A stretch of DNA of 58,537 bases, filler included, from Porpidia crustulata (taxonomy: Eukaryota): NCBI GenBank assembly GCA_964255105.1. It is 5 parts of 5 records of this genome, joined end to end, with 100 filler letters (N's around TTAATTAATTAA, not from the genome) between each part and the next. Parts side by side here need not be neighbours in the genome. Positions count along the whole stretch, not along the records: positions 23,463 to 35,088 come from CAXUWE010000626.1; positions 35,189 to 46,813 come from CAXUWE010000627.1; 3 more parts are not named here. One strand, written 5' to 3'. This document shows positions 23,463-36,605 of this stretch, piece by piece (position 1 is the stretch's first letter; each line of letters opens with the position of its first letter). The translations under genes and the position numbers were made by a program. Below the pieces are notes generated by a model. The model ran no database searches and was not told where the DNA came from. It saw only the letters and a list, made by a program, of their open reading frames with translations.

Positions 23463-24766
23463 CCTAGCAACCTCCTCATCGCTCACCGCCTCATTTACCC
23501 CTCCATCCGCGCGCTTATACACCGTGCACACGACCGCACCCCCAAGCCCGAGGTTATGCTGCAGCGCCACGCGGGCGCCGGCAACGAGCCGGTTGGTGGC
23601 CCAGCCGCGCAGCTGCCAGACCAGCTCCGCGGCCTGCGCGATCCCGGACGCGCCGAGCGGGTGGCCCTTGGAGATGAGGCCGCCCGAGGGGTTGACGACG
23701 CAGCCGGTGCCGCCGTGGGTGATGGCGCCGCGGCGCACCATTTCGTGCGCGGTACCGGGCGCGCAGAGGCCGAGGGCGTCGAGCGTGATGAGCTCGTTGG
23801 CGGAGAAGCAGTCGTGGAGTTCGCAGACGGCGATGTCGGCGGGGGTGACGTGCGCTTCGGCGAGGGCGGCGCGCGCGGCGTGCTGGGTCATGGCGAAGCC
23901 GACGAGGTTCATGCTGGTGCGGTCGAAGAGGGTGGGGCTGTCGGTCGCGAGGATTTGGCCGGCGATGAGGATGGCTTGGGGGCAGAGGTGGGGACGGGTG
24001 GCCAGGAAGGATTCGGAGACTACGATGGCGGCGGCGCCGCCGTCGGAGGTGGGGCAGCATTGGAGTTTGGTGAGGGGGGGATGGATCATTGGTGAGGCGA
24101 GGATCTCCTCGAGGCTGTAGACGGTGCGGAATTGGGAGTAGGGGTTTTGGGCCGAGTGGGCATGGTTGATGCGGGCGATTTCGGCAAAGTCGTTGGGGGT
24201 TGCGCCGTATCTGCGTTGAGAATGTGTCAATAGGGGCAATTAGGTTTTGAGGAGGGTAAGAGGGGAGTGTACTTCTCCATGTACTCCTGGCCGGCGTTGC
24301 CGAAAAGTTGGGCTGCGCTGGGTGCGTTGGTGATGCCTCTTGTCGCCTTCATCATCTCCCCTGTTGTGCCGGTGGGGTTCTCTCGATCTTGGAAGAACGA
24401 CTGCAAGCTCCCAGCGAACATCTTCTCAAACCCAACCACCATGACACAGTCCGCGACTCCGTGTGCAACCGCATTCCGTGCCATATGTAGGCCTGTCGAG
24501 CCGGTGGAGCAGTTGTTGTTGACATTGTAGATGGGGATCTGCGTCATACCGAATTGGTAGAACACTCGCTGTCCGCAGGTACTATCGCCGTAGCAGTAGC
24601 ATGCCACTCCTTGATCGACATCGTCATAGTTGATCTGGGCATCTAGGAGGGCTTTGACGCCGGCTTCGAAGCCAAGTTCTGTGTAGTCCACTTTTCCCCG
24701 CGGTTTGATGAATTTGGTCATGCCAACGCCGAGGACGTAGGCGGGAGATGGTGCAGACTTGCCCAT
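23463..24766 (-). CDS. SCPx-type thiolase (sterol carrier protein 2 thiolase family), 3' end cut off by the contig end
   Basis: VLGVGMTKFIKP, catalytic NNNCSTGS, intron 24211-24272, CCPTSDGGAA, ELHDCFSANEL, NPSGGLISKGHPLGASG, LQHNLGLGG. Confidence 0.93.
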
Positions 24767-25220
24767 GATAGCAGTGGAATAAAGAGCTTAATGATGGGGA
24801 TTTGAAGCCCTTTCAGGACCTGTATGGGAGGCTACATTCTACCACACTGTTGATGGACAAATCTCTGAGTGTTAGCTGTTGACCACTTCGAAAACGCGGG
24901 GAACCGAGGCTTTAGACCGCTTTGGGAGGGGTCCAACCGGTCCTGAGAGATTAGGGTAATAACCTGATAGAACTGGACTGCAAAATCAGATAGGTCCTTT
25001 CTTTCATAGGAGACGGTTGTAAAGGCTGAACGAGGCTGTAGAATGTTACCAGACGTCTTGGAATTCCTCTGATGTACTGCATGAATATTCTATGTTCCAT
25101 CACGGGTTGTGTCAAAAGTCATTGCGTCACTTCGGTAAGGATGTATTGCTTAAGTAGTGCAAGAGCTTTTGGCATATACTGGTGTAAGCACAATCTTCAC
25201 CTGCATCTACCGTTTCGAAA

Positions 25221-26307
25221 CTACAAAGGTGGCGTGTCCCCAAACAGGCTCTTTGCCATCGCCTCCGGATACCTCGCTCCCTGTATGTCCACCGCCTCCA
25301 CGACCTTCCTGATCTGTTGATCTTCCTCTTTCGTAAGTTTCACATTCAACGCGCCCATGTTTTCCTCAAGATACTTGATCTTCTTTGTTCCTGGGATGGG
25401 GATGATATCATCACCCTGCGCCATCAGCCAGGCTAATGTAAGCTGACCTCTTGTGCAACCTTTTTTATCCGCAATTTCGCCGATTTGGTGGACGAGCTTG
25501 AGGTTGTTCTTGAAATTCTCGCCTTGAAAGCGCGGCACCAGCCGTCGGAAGTCGTCCTCTTCAAAGTCGTCAGGGCTTTGGATCTGGCCCGTCACAAAAC
25601 CGCGTTATAATGGGGAATACGCGACGGTAGCGACACCGAGCTCGCGGCAGGTTTTGAGTAGATTGGTCTCTGGTTTTTCAATATCAATAGCCATAGGAGA
25701 ATATTCAATTTGAACCGCGGCGATATGATGAACCTTGCAGGCACGGCGCAGGGTCTCGGAGGAGACTTCGGAGAGGCCTAGGTACTTGATCTTGCCTGCC
25801 CTGACCAGGAAAGCACTTAGTCAAAGCTCCAATACCTGGGATCTGGATGGGCATGGGAGCTTACTTCTTGAGTTCAACCATGGCCTCAACTGTTTTCTCT
25901 ATTGGCGTCTTGCCGTCGACGCGGTGGCAGTAGTACAAATCGATGCAGTCGATGCCTAGCCTCTTCAGACTCCGATCACAAGCCTCTTTAACGTATTCCG
26001 GATCACTCTTGACCATCCTTGTCCCATCTGGCGCCACACAGTTGCCAAATTTTGATGCTAGGAATATATCATTGCGTTTACCCGTACGCTTGAACCATTT
26101 GCCAATCAGGTCCTCGTTATCGGCATACATGTCTGCGCTGTCCCAATTAGTTTCGCCGAGCTCATAGACATGGTCGAGAAATTTCAATCGCTCTTCATCA
26201 GCCTCCGTTGTGCCATAGAAAGCAGAGAGGCCCATCGCACCGAAGCCAAGGGCTGTGACTTGAGGACCATCTTTCCCTAGCTGACGAGTGGGGAGTTTGG
26301 TAGCCAT
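25221..26307 (-). CDS. Aldo-keto reductase (AKR13/YakC-like)
   Basis: [32 protein letters not shown], intron 25801-25864, [32 protein letters not shown]. Confidence 0.93.
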
Positions 26308-27835
26308 GTTGTCTGCCTGGAAATAATTCGTGAATGCGGTGCGATTTAGTCCCTATCAAAGGACTCAAATTCTCTGACGTAGTTGGGATTAAAAGTCAGA
26401 GGAACGGGTAGAAGTTATATGAAGTCCCTTGAGAGACAGCACACTGGTGATGTCGAAAAGTCTTGTCTGAGGGGCGTGGGGCTCACCCGGAGATAAGCGT
26501 AGATAGCGGGGGCACTGGGGTTAGGGAATCAGACTGCCGACGAATTGGATAAAAGAGGAAGGAGAGTTGCATTATTCATATTTGGCCCCCATCACCCACA
26601 TCGACGGTAATACCGGATATAGAAAGGAATTTCACATCGAGAAAGACTCCGCTACCAATCCATCCGGCCATATTGGTAAGCCATTCTTTAGCTGATGCAA
26701 TCCGAGTATACCTAGTCCTTGTACATTGGCCGCAGGAGCATCCAGAGCTACGTCGATGGGTATGCCTTTGCAATACCGTGCTTGGTTAGCCAAGTCTTCA
26801 AATGCTGATGCAATTCGTTGATGAACGTCGAGGACCGATGACTGAAATAATATTGGTAAACCCCAGTGGAGGGCGGTATGAAAAGTTTCATACTCATGTA
26901 AGCAAGCCTAGATATCTACTAGGTAGCAACAGTGTCTAATTGTATAAATATCCTTCCATAGCCCTCAGCATTCTGACGTTGTATATCTGACTTGACACCT
27001 GAGGTGAACTCGTTGCCGAACAGAATGTTTCTCCCTCTGTAGCCGCTACTTGAGAAGAGGATCCAAGGTAGCTTCCTCTCCACTACCTGTTTTCCTTTTA
27101 TTATTAGCGGAACAGCAAGCTCTGCGGAAATGAACATCTAGGGGAAGCAGTTACTTCCACAAGGAGGCTCGCAGAGAAGGACAAATTCTCCGAACGTGAG
27201 CGAGAATCTTGGGACCCGTCCAAACAGAAACTCCACGACGAGTAATCGAGAAGTAGTGACAACATAGCTGATATCAAAAGGACGACGTGTAGAGAATACT
27301 ATTGAGAGGTACTGAAATTTCCATGCACTTTCTCGAGTGATCAAGACGCCGGTTGACTGCGAGGCTACGCCGAATGATCTGCGAATGCTCACGGATGCTT
27401 CTATCATTTAGAACCTTTGATTCAATGAATGCTTGAAGTTCACTCGTAGAGGTCCATCAAGGCGTACCGCGAAACACTCAGTCGCCAATTCAATTCTTAT
27501 TCTGCCATCCGGGAAGCCCCCAAAGAGTAGGGATTATAGCTGGTAGTTCTTCCAAATCAATGTGCATAACATTGGATCTAGTACCTACAACGGAACGTGG
27601 CGGAATACATCCTTTGAAGCAGCTCGGAGTCGAGATCTATGGTGATGGATGTGTCTTGTGAGGGAAATTTATTTTTCTGTTGTTCCAAGCTTGCTGTACG
27701 CGCAACATGTCCAGACTATCGAGAATTCCACGATGGGAGGCCCATGAGGCAGAGAGAAATCCAATGGTCTATATAGTACATCAAAATCCTAACCGTGCTA
27801 AACGCCCCATAGAATACATTGTGCACGCACAGTTG

Positions 27836-30182
27836 CTACTTGTTAGCTTGGGAATTCGCCCTGATAAGGGGTTCTTCGCCAGGTGAAAGCTTGGAGTCAG
27901 TCTCTAGAGTATCCGCTGGCCGATCTGTGCTTTTGTTAGTGCTGAAATTGAATCTAGTAGCGCATTCAGGACGCTGACCATATCTCGAGTAAAGCTTCCT
28001 CTCATGCTCGTCATACTCTCCTGCCTTGCCACTCTCGACATCCTGCCGTGTGACGTTAAGTTTGCTCTTCGCCAGACCCATGGATACCAGGAATTGCACA
28101 CTATCCGTCCACTCTTTATCTTTTCGTTTACTATCCCATTTGAGCTCCTCGGCCATCAAATCAATGACCTTCGGTAATGCCTCAAGTGCAGCTTGAGCGT
28201 TCAGGAAAGCCAGCCGAGTCCTTCGAGCTAGGACATCCACCGCTGTTTGAGCATATTCATGTCTGACAGCGTAGCGTATCTCACCATCAACAAATGGGTA
28301 CAGTGGGGATATCTTCACGCCGCGGACTGGGAATCGCTCATTCGTAGGCGCCGAAAGGGCTGCGACCGTCCACGCTCGGTCTCCGTATGATTCTGTCAAG
28401 TTTTTGGCAACATCGGTTTCGACACCGAAATGCTGAATCAAGTTTATGAATAGTGTCTTTGAATATCCATGGGCGCCAATGAGTCGAACTTGATGCGTCT
28501 GACAGGTTCCGTCTAGAAGCGCACTATCATCGATCATTTCAGTGCCACTGATACGAGGAACCTGCATCACCGGTCCGGGCTGTAGATTATAAAGCTTTAC
28601 AGCTTCATCCACAGTCTCCTCGGCCATCTGCCTATATGTAGTCCATTTACCACCAGCAATAGTCAGAAGGCCAGAATCAGACGTGGTCACTAAGTGATTG
28701 CGAACAAGTGATTCCGTGTTTTTAGATTTCGGATCACGTACGAGAGGTCGTATACCAGACCATGCAGCAAGAACATCACCTCTCCGTACATTGATGTCAG
28801 GAGCCAGGTACCCACGAATCTCGGACAGTATCCAGCCAATCTCCTCTTCGCCAGCAATCGGGTTCTGAGTGATAATTGTCGGTGCATCTGTGGTCCCAGC
28901 GATAGTGTTACCTTGCCAAGGTAGGAAGAAAATGACCCGGCCATCGGATGTTGATGGATCAATAAGACCCATTTTTGAAGGACTGTAGTATCCTGGTAAC
29001 ATGACATGGACGCCCGAGCTAGGCGCGACAATCTCATCGACCATCTGATCGTCCATCTTTCTGATAGAGTCTGTGAAGGGCCCAGTGGCATTAATGATAC
29101 CTTTGGCTTTTATCGTGAATTCCTTGGAAGCCTTTCCATCCTTTTCCTCGACTAGATCTCTTACTCGCGCACCACTGAGTCTACCATTGGCGTCTTTTTC
29201 TAAGGCCGTTACTTCAATGTGATTAACGACAGTACTACCATATAACGCTGCAGTCATTGCCAAAGACACATTCATCCGCGAATCGTTATGAGCGCCGTCT
29301 TTTGTTTATTAGCCAAAGATTTGCAACTATCAAAGGAAAACAAACCATAGTAAACCAGTGCCCCTACCAGATTGTTCTTATTTAGCATTGGAAAAGCATC
29401 CATCGCTCTGCTTTTGGTCAGAAAGTACGAGCTTTCAATGCCCTCGGATCCGGCAAGGAAGTCATAGAATTTTGTTCCAGCCCAGAAATATGGCGCTTGC
29501 CACCAATTCTGAATAGGGATCATGATGGGAAGCCACATGGACAAATGGGGTGCAGTATCCAGAAAATACTTTCGCTCTCGTAAAGCTTCCTTCACTAATG
29601 CATATCTATATCGGATGAGCCTCACAGCGCCATATACATAGCACGATCGACATCATACTGGCTGTAGTCAAGCTCCCAGACAGCTTTCTCTAGATATCTC
29701 ACGCCGCCGTGAACCAGCTTTGTGCTCTTGCTACTCGTACCACTGGCGAAATCGTCTCTTTCTACCATGGCAACCTTTAGGCCCCTTGTGACGGCGTCTA
29801 GCGCAATCCCGGTTCCTGTGGCCCCGCCACCGATGATCAGTAGATCGTAAGGTTTATCGTCGTTCTCTGCAAGCTCTTCCGAGTACCCAAGATCTCCCCT
29901 CATCAGCTTCCCGAGTATGCCCTTTTTCCCTTCCACTCCATTTCGTAAACCCCCACTTCTCTTGAGATCGGCAATCTGCTCATCACGAGGCCTCACCAGA
30001 GGGAATCGAGGTGGAACGAATGTTCCACCTTCTCCGTATCCCGGCGGCGGAACTGCTGGCGGGTCAGATCCTGGGATGTTGCGAGGCCTGTACGAAATGT
30101 AGAGGACGCCTCCCCCGGCGACCGCCGCCGCTGTCGCGTAGATAAGGGGGCGTAAGAAGCGACTCGAAGAGCCATATGCCAT
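27836..30182 (-). CDS. GUT2: Mitochondrial FAD-dependent glycerol-3-phosphate dehydrogenase
   Basis: Presequence plus TM helix, [74 protein letters not shown]. Short introns near 29610-29655, 29300-29345 and 27925-27980. Confidence 0.95.
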
Positions 30183-30808
30183 ACTAAAGAAAAGAAATGG
30201 GATACAAGACTGATCCCAGAAACGAGCCAAGTGACGAGTTGGAAAATTAGCAAATCGGTCTATGAAAACAACCCTGGCGTCATTTGCGGTCTCAAGCAAT
30301 GGTGGCTGACAGTCATATTGCAGGTGACTGTGAAGGTACCAATGGAAAAGATGTTAAAGTTTTCTAAAAGTGTAATTTAAACACGTGTTAGAGGATATCT
30401 AGATATAATCTGATACCTCTATCTAAAATGACAGCGAAGCCTCGGCACTTCTTAACCCTTAGTCTGATATCTAAATCGTTTCGTACAACCCTGAACATTC
30501 GTTTGATCGTGGTATCGAATCATAGATACATTCACGGACCAGACAAACGCGGTCATATATAGCAATGTACAGTCTACGATACGAATTTTTATCAGGCTCT
30601 GATTACTATGTATGAGGATTAGTTGCCAAACCAGCCAACTCCAAGCGTCGTCAAGCTACGACAAGCCCATATTCATCAAAGCCAGGGGTTACCTTATCCA
30701 TGATCTTAGACATTCTGTGCCAGCAACAATAAAGCCGATTACCATCTACTATCTCTGAAGATCGTCAACTAATAGACTTCTTAATCTTTGGACCATTATT
30801 TCAGATCT

Positions 30809-32229
30809 TCAAAGCCGGGCTTGAATGTTACCCGCCGAATTTGGCAAAACTCCTTGCTTGTATTGTACCCAGGCTCTTTCTACTTCACCGTAAGCGTCAT
30901 ATCCAAAGAGCCACGGTTGAAAGACCGGATCAGCCCAGCGGTTCGGGAATTGTTCAAACGGCTTCTGGCGGAGTTGGCGATCTCGTTCTCGCTGGCGATC
31001 ACTGTCTTCCATGTGAAAGATGTCCCTAGACAATGTGCTACCTCGGACAACGCGCGTGGTACGGTGTTTCCGTAGGCGCTCGTAGATTGCAAGAATATCG
31101 GGGATCTGTGCAGGATTTTCTAAACGTTCCATAAGAGCGCCGAGAACAGCACCATCCTCTACCGCTTGAGCAGCTCCCTGAGCACTGAGGAATGAGGTTA
31201 GAAGCAAAATGGCCGGTCGAAGTACACGCCAGGAAATGTTTCTTACAGGTACGGTAAGGTAGCATGACAAGCATCCCCCATGAGAACAAACTTGCCGCCC
31301 TGGTGACTCCAACTCTCCATCTCTTCGCTATTTTGCAGCCGCCATTTACTAGTTTCTTGCACCAGCCCCAGTAGGGTCTTGAGTTTGGGATCCCAACATT
31401 TGAAAAAGTCTCGCATCTCTTGTAGATCAGCTTTGGCAGTATTCACGAGCTCTGGGAGATTGTCGGGACAGATCAAAACGATATTGTAGAGCCCACCGCC
31501 TTGCAAAAGATAGCACACGACATGACCAAGGGGTCCCATCCAAAGGTTTATTGCTGGCTTTTCCACCAAATCTCGTATATCCGGATGTTTTTTCATATCT
31601 TCTGCTTTCACTACAATCCGGTAGGCTAGATCCCCTGTCAGGCGGGGAGGGTCAGGGTGGCCTAGCAGCAATTCACGGCATACTGACTTCAGGCCATCGG
31701 CACCAATGATGAGATCTGCATGAAGCTCCGGTTTGTTTCTGATATGCACCGATGGTTTTTCAAAGTCGATTCTTGTCACGGCCGAGCCAAGAGTGATCGT
31801 TACGCCTAGACGCTCGGCTTCCGCTACCAACACTCTATGGTAATCAGCGCGGTGAATATGTAGATATGGGGCACCATATCGATCCTCTGTGAACGGGACG
31901 AGATTCTGTCTATTGAGGATAGTACCATCACGGTAGGAGCGTAGGTTGATATCAATCGGATGCACGGAGACAGCTTTGATATTGTCAATGATATTCCAGC
32001 GTTTGAGGATGAGGGAGGAGTTTGGCGGGATTTGGATCCCAGCTCCAACCTATGGACGTGTGAGCGGAGATAGGCACGTATGCATAACAATGAAACTTAC
32101 TTCTCCGAGCACAGTAGCTTGCTCAAGAACGGTGACTCTGTGTCCAGCTCGAGCAATGCCGATAGCTGCCGCTAGTCCTCCTAGGCCAGCTCCGACGATT
32201 GCCACATGGATTTCAGGTCGTTTCGACAT
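30809..32229 (-). CDS. FAD-dependent monooxygenase (salicylate hydroxylase-like, class A flavoprotein)
   Basis: IVGAGLGGL (Rossmann fold), VGAGIQIPPN, HRADY, IIGADGLKS, and spliced GDACHATLPYLAQGAAQAVEDG. Two introns. Confidence 0.93.
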
Positions 32230-34169
32230 GACACGGCGCAAGTCATGTCAAGACCACTAGATGTGAGTATACTGAAATAACAGCAGTGGATGCCCTTGAT
32301 ACATGGATCGTGCCACCAACGTCGGGTCTAGGCGACTAAGTTGGTCGCACATTATCACCTCAAGAGCCGGTGGATGTGAATGCCATGCAGGCCTCTTGCC
32401 ATCGGCTCCTCGACATGAATAAGTTGTACGATTGATTTGTTGTTCCATGGCACTCATCATCGGCAAACAGAGAGATAGAGGGGCCTCGGAGCTCTCTCAC
32501 TCGGCACACAAGCGGCAGGTGAGAGCGGCCTGAGCCGGCTGCTGACCACTGCAAGAAGCCTTCCATCAGAATATTCGTGCTACCAGCATAGCCATCACAA
32601 CGACCCGTCAATAGCAAGCCAACATTGACTTGCATCTCTCGAGCGGATTGACCATACGTGGAGGCTCAAGTTGATGCTATGACGGCTATGTGACCCGAAG
32701 GTAGGCCCATATTGCTGGTTTCTCACCTTATACAGACCAATTTTCTTTTCTCTCACGGACACAAAGCCTCCCTTTCAGTAGGAGACGAAGAGCTCGAAAC
32801 GGATTATGATGCCTACATACGCGATCGCAATGAATGCGTGCTATTCATTTGAAGAATTGATCGGTCAGCTCGATTTTCGGCCGCTAGTCAAGACTCATCA
32901 ATGCGAATATCTAAGTCTACGGCGGACCCCTTTTTCTTCGCCAAAATCAGTACTTTACAGTCAGATTTCTATGTACAATCAATGCATCAAATTCAAGAGA
33001 CTAATACATAATTATGAGAGATGTCGTTCTGCTAATTTAAAATTCTAAATAAGATCATCAGTATACGTATGTAGTATATAATGGACTTCAGGATTGTAGC
33101 TTAAAACGGCAAAATCCTTATAGATGAAATGCCGCTGCGGGAGCGTGCGTGTAGCAATGTTTGCTAAAGTCTCACAGTAGGACTAAGGCAGACAATTTAC
33201 TCTTCAAATCCTTTCAACCTTCGGGTTTTACACTCGTCCGAGATCTACTTGCATCGCCATTTACTAACAGACTCGGGAGATGATTGTTCAATCTGTGCAA
33301 TTTCTCGTACTTCGGGTGAGCACAAGGTTTACTTGATGCTATCAATATGTGACATCGGTTGGTCGATGGCATCACCAGGCTTGGGGTTGGGATATTTTTG
33401 ATTTTCATTCCTTGTCTCAAAGCCAGTCCAATTCTAGCCATATAAACGTATTCCTCAGCATCTCCCACATGCAAAGATAGGATATGAGTGATGGGGTGAC
33501 ATCGTCGAGACTCTGGCCCTCTGGTACCGATCATTCAAGCTAGCTGGGATCCTATCGGCAATTATTATCAGTATGCAACGTCGAGGGAAAACATGTCCTC
33601 GTGATTCAAATCAACTGAAATATTTTTCTTCTGGACCGTCAGATTGGGATCTGAGGTCCCTCTGCCCGTAGAGTTACCTCAAATGGCATTTCGTAAAGGG
33701 CCTGACAAAAGTAAAGCGGACAATGTCTCGATGTCTTGGTGTTTCCCAGAAATCATTGTTGGATTAAAATTAAGGCTTCTGAATATGAAGAAAACCCGCT
33801 CATGCAACTTCAACATCATGTTTACCTTTCCCGTGTTAATCATGCTCCCACCGCAGATATTTGCCTAGCAAATACAGCAATTCGAGCTGACCCTGTCGAC
33901 TTTGGGCACGTACTCGGTTAGAATTTCGCTGCTTCAGAAGCTTAAATGTATATCTTGTTACGTTCTTCTAATGTCGTCCAGTGGCTTTGAGGTAGAAAAT
34001 CCATATACAATCATTCAACAGCTGAAGAAACAATGATGCCAAATAGCGTAGGAAGGAGACTCTAGGCCCAGTACGAATCGATTGGGCAAGTTGTGGATCG
34101 CGCTTGGCGGCGCAAACTGTTCAATTTTCCAACGAATTTGCAAATGCTGTTGGCATACCAGCGCTCATG

Positions 34170-34558
34170 TGTTACGGACCAACCAGGTTGGGCCAGGTAA
34201 CAGAGGCTAGGAGCGGGACAACGTTCATCCTAGCGAGCTCTAACCGGCTCAACAAGCCTTGGCGTGCCAAGACCTGTAAACCCAGTAGACCCAGTAGAGC
34301 CAGGTAAACCTAATATCTATATAGTCAGCCCTTATGGCACACGAGGATATGGCTCCTCAGCAGTTATCTCAACATAGTAGTATCTCTATACCTTACTACG
34401 TAACGATCAGAGCCACTATAATCCTCGGTGCACCCTGTGCTCCCTAACAGACTTGACCCGCGTAGCGTCTCAAGCCTAGGACCTTGGCCGCCCCTTCACC
34501 TAGGTGTATAGTGCCCTATCCACACTATACCTCAGCCTACGGCATCGGCACCGTTACA
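34170..34558 (+). mobile_element. Solo-LTR-like element A (389 bp)
   Basis: Begins TGTTACGG and ends CCGTTACA (near-inverted TG...CA termini). Internal TATA-like CTATATAG. Flanks TCATG/TCATT match 4 of 5, like a target-site duplication. Non-coding. Confidence 0.6.
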
Positions 34559-34571
34559 TCATTGTAACGGT

Positions 34572-34970
34572 TGTTCTAATAACAACACAAGATATAAACA
34601 GAGATAGACTAGAGTAACGAACTCCTTGCTACTATAGACTGAGGTCTGCAGATAGCTTAGACAATAGAACAGATTGTATTGACTATTACATGAGTTGAGC
34701 ACGAAGCTCCTATCTAAGGGAATGACCGTCATTATATAGACATAGGAGAATCGTGCCAAGAGCCGTCTGCTCATGTTGCTCTGTGAACAGAGCGGCCAGA
34801 GCAACTGATGCTCTGTCTGCTCTGTGGACAGATCCCACAGAGCATGGTGCTCTGCTTGCTCTGTGGACAGATCCCACAGAGCATGCTCTGTGGACAGATC
34901 CCACAGAGCATGCTCTTAATTACGCGCCATCTTGTGTAGTCACAGGAACAGGGTCCGGGTGGGTCTAACA
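34572..34970 (-). mobile_element. Solo-LTR-like element B (399 bp) with internal tandem hairpin repeats
   Basis: On the minus strand it reads TGTTAGA...TAGAACA. Enhancer-like tandem repeats are followed by TATATAA and a T-rich 3' part. No clean target-site duplication (ACGGT vs ACATT). Confidence 0.6.
34818..34910. repeat. Three exact copies of a 27-nt hairpin unit TGCTCTGTGG-ACAGATC-CCACAGAGCA
   Basis: Copies at 34818-34844, 34857-34883 and 34884-34910, each a 10-bp stem with a 7-nt loop. A shortened copy lies near 34777-34793. Confidence 0.95.
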
Positions 34971-34984
34971 ACATTATTAAAACT

Positions 34985-35088
34985 TGTTAGCCCCAGGCTA
35001 GGGACACTTGCCCAGGACACAGGCTACGCGGGTTGCGCGTAGGCCTCAGGATGCTCACCATGATCGTGCAGATCACTAGGGCTAGTGG
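34985..35088 (+). mobile_element. Start of a third LTR-like repeat, running into the contig end
   Basis: Begins TGTTAG like element B. It shares GCTACGCGGGT in inverted form with element A (ACCCGCGTAGC near 34456). The assembly breaks here. Confidence 0.4.
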
Positions 35089-35188
35089 NNNNNNNNNNNN
35101 NNNNNNNNNNNNNNNNNNNNNNNNNNNNNNNNTTAATTAATTAANNNNNNNNNNNNNNNNNNNNNNNNNNNNNNNNNNNNNNNNNNNN
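35089..35188. other. Artificial contig linker
   Basis: 44 N + TTAATTAATTAA + 44 N. Confidence 0.99.
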
Positions 35189-35415
35189 GGTTTGGGGTGT
35201 GCACGGGACCGGAACGTGCACGGGCCCGGGAATACTCCTAGGGTTAGGGTAATGGTTACATGGGGTTTAAAGGATAAGGTTAGGGGACTCCGATGAGTTA
35301 CATTCGAAAATTGCGGTTTGTGGGCTGAATATGTGACTTCGTGAAGACGGATATGTTTTTAATCTCTGATCGAAATCACTGTATAGCAGAAAAACCAGCA
35401 ATGGCTTTTTTATAA

Positions 35416-36605
35416 TTATCTCGCGTTAGCAATATCTAAAGTCAAGATATCGACCGCCCCCACCGCTGTCAGTTCGTCCATCACTGTTGCTATATGTTTC
35501 TTCTCGACCATCGAGCTTACTGCTACCCAAGCTTCTTCTTCCAGCGCCGTGATGGTAGGTGCTCGTTTACCGGGCGTGTATTTGGTAGCTTCTGCGAGTA
35601 ACCTGCGTTCGACATTATACTGGCAAAGGACAAATTGCTGAGCAGCTTCAAGATGGTCAGATCGAGGAGACCTCGCACGTAATTTCAGGATGAACTGAAC
35701 AACTTACTAATAACGCCTTTTATCCTTGACGCGATCATATTGACAAGCTTTTGGTTTGACGGGCGTTTCGACTTTATTAGAAGTGCTGTACTTTCCACAA
35801 CTGTGCCAATTTCTTTGAGACCCGCAGCTTTCATCGTTTCGCCAGATTCTGCTCGCCGGTTAGGGAAGATAGTCTACCGTCATAAACTTGCCAAGGGCCC
35901 AAACCAACAAGGTCTACAATGCCGTCGGCCACGCCAAGGGCACAAGCCGCCTCCACACTGCCTCCAACGTATTTAATCTTCGTCCGTAATTTATTCCTCA
36001 CCGGCACCTCCCAATCACTGATCTCTTGCCCTTCTAATCGGGCAAAATATTTCTCTGTCAACCCCACAAAACTTGTTACCACATTCTTGCCAATCAAATC
36101 CCTAGGATCGCTTAGACTACCCTTCTCCGGTACCTGCACTTTTAAGGCGCATTTCCCAAATCCTAGATCCAGTACTTGTTCAACGCCGGTGGTTTCTGTA
36201 GCGGGTGACGTCGATTCATGTTCTGCCACCTGATCACCACCAGTTATTCCGAGATCGACTCGACCTTCACCGACGAAGGTAGGGATATCGGCAGCAGGGA
36301 GAAAAACGAGAGCTATGTGATGATTCTTCACAAGGGCGATATCAAGGCGGGTTTCGCGACGGAATTGGATGTCGGAACCTATGAGCAGATTCAGGGTGGC
36401 TTGTTGTAGACGGCCCTCTGGTATATGAAATCAGCTTTCGAGGCTTGGAGGAATGGTTACAAGGCAGACTTTTGGGTACGGCGAATAATAGTCGGCCTTC
36501 TAGGCTTTCTGCGTCATTAATTGAATGCCCCATAGCTTGTAGCCAAGAATCATTGTACAACTAAGAAAATGTCCAATGCCGAACTTACTGATTGACAAGA
36601 TCCAT
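35416..36605 (-). CDS. HIS1: ATP phosphoribosyltransferase (long form)
   Basis: Spliced MDLVNHLEGRLLFAVPKKGRL..., FLPAADIPTFVGEGRVDLGITG, GSVEAACALGVADGIVDLVESGETMKAAGL, and C-terminal PGKRAPTITALEE...DIANAR*. Confidence 0.96.

Noticed and set aside
23524..24120. Long overlapping and antisense ORFs (168-198 aa) over the thiolase exon
   Set aside because: By-products of extreme GC content and codon bias. They give low-complexity R/P/G/A translations with no motifs.
34818..34910. CRISPR-like palindromic direct repeats
   Set aside because: Spacers are 12 and 0 nt and partly repeat-derived. There are no cas genes, the context is eukaryotic, and the array lies inside an LTR-like element.
35189..35302. 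Telomere at the start of contig 4 (CTAGGGTTAGGGT, GGTTAGGGG)
   Set aside because: Only 2-3 degenerate units, and the G-rich strand points into the contig, the wrong polarity for a chromosome end. More likely the tail of a repeat ending GTTACA.
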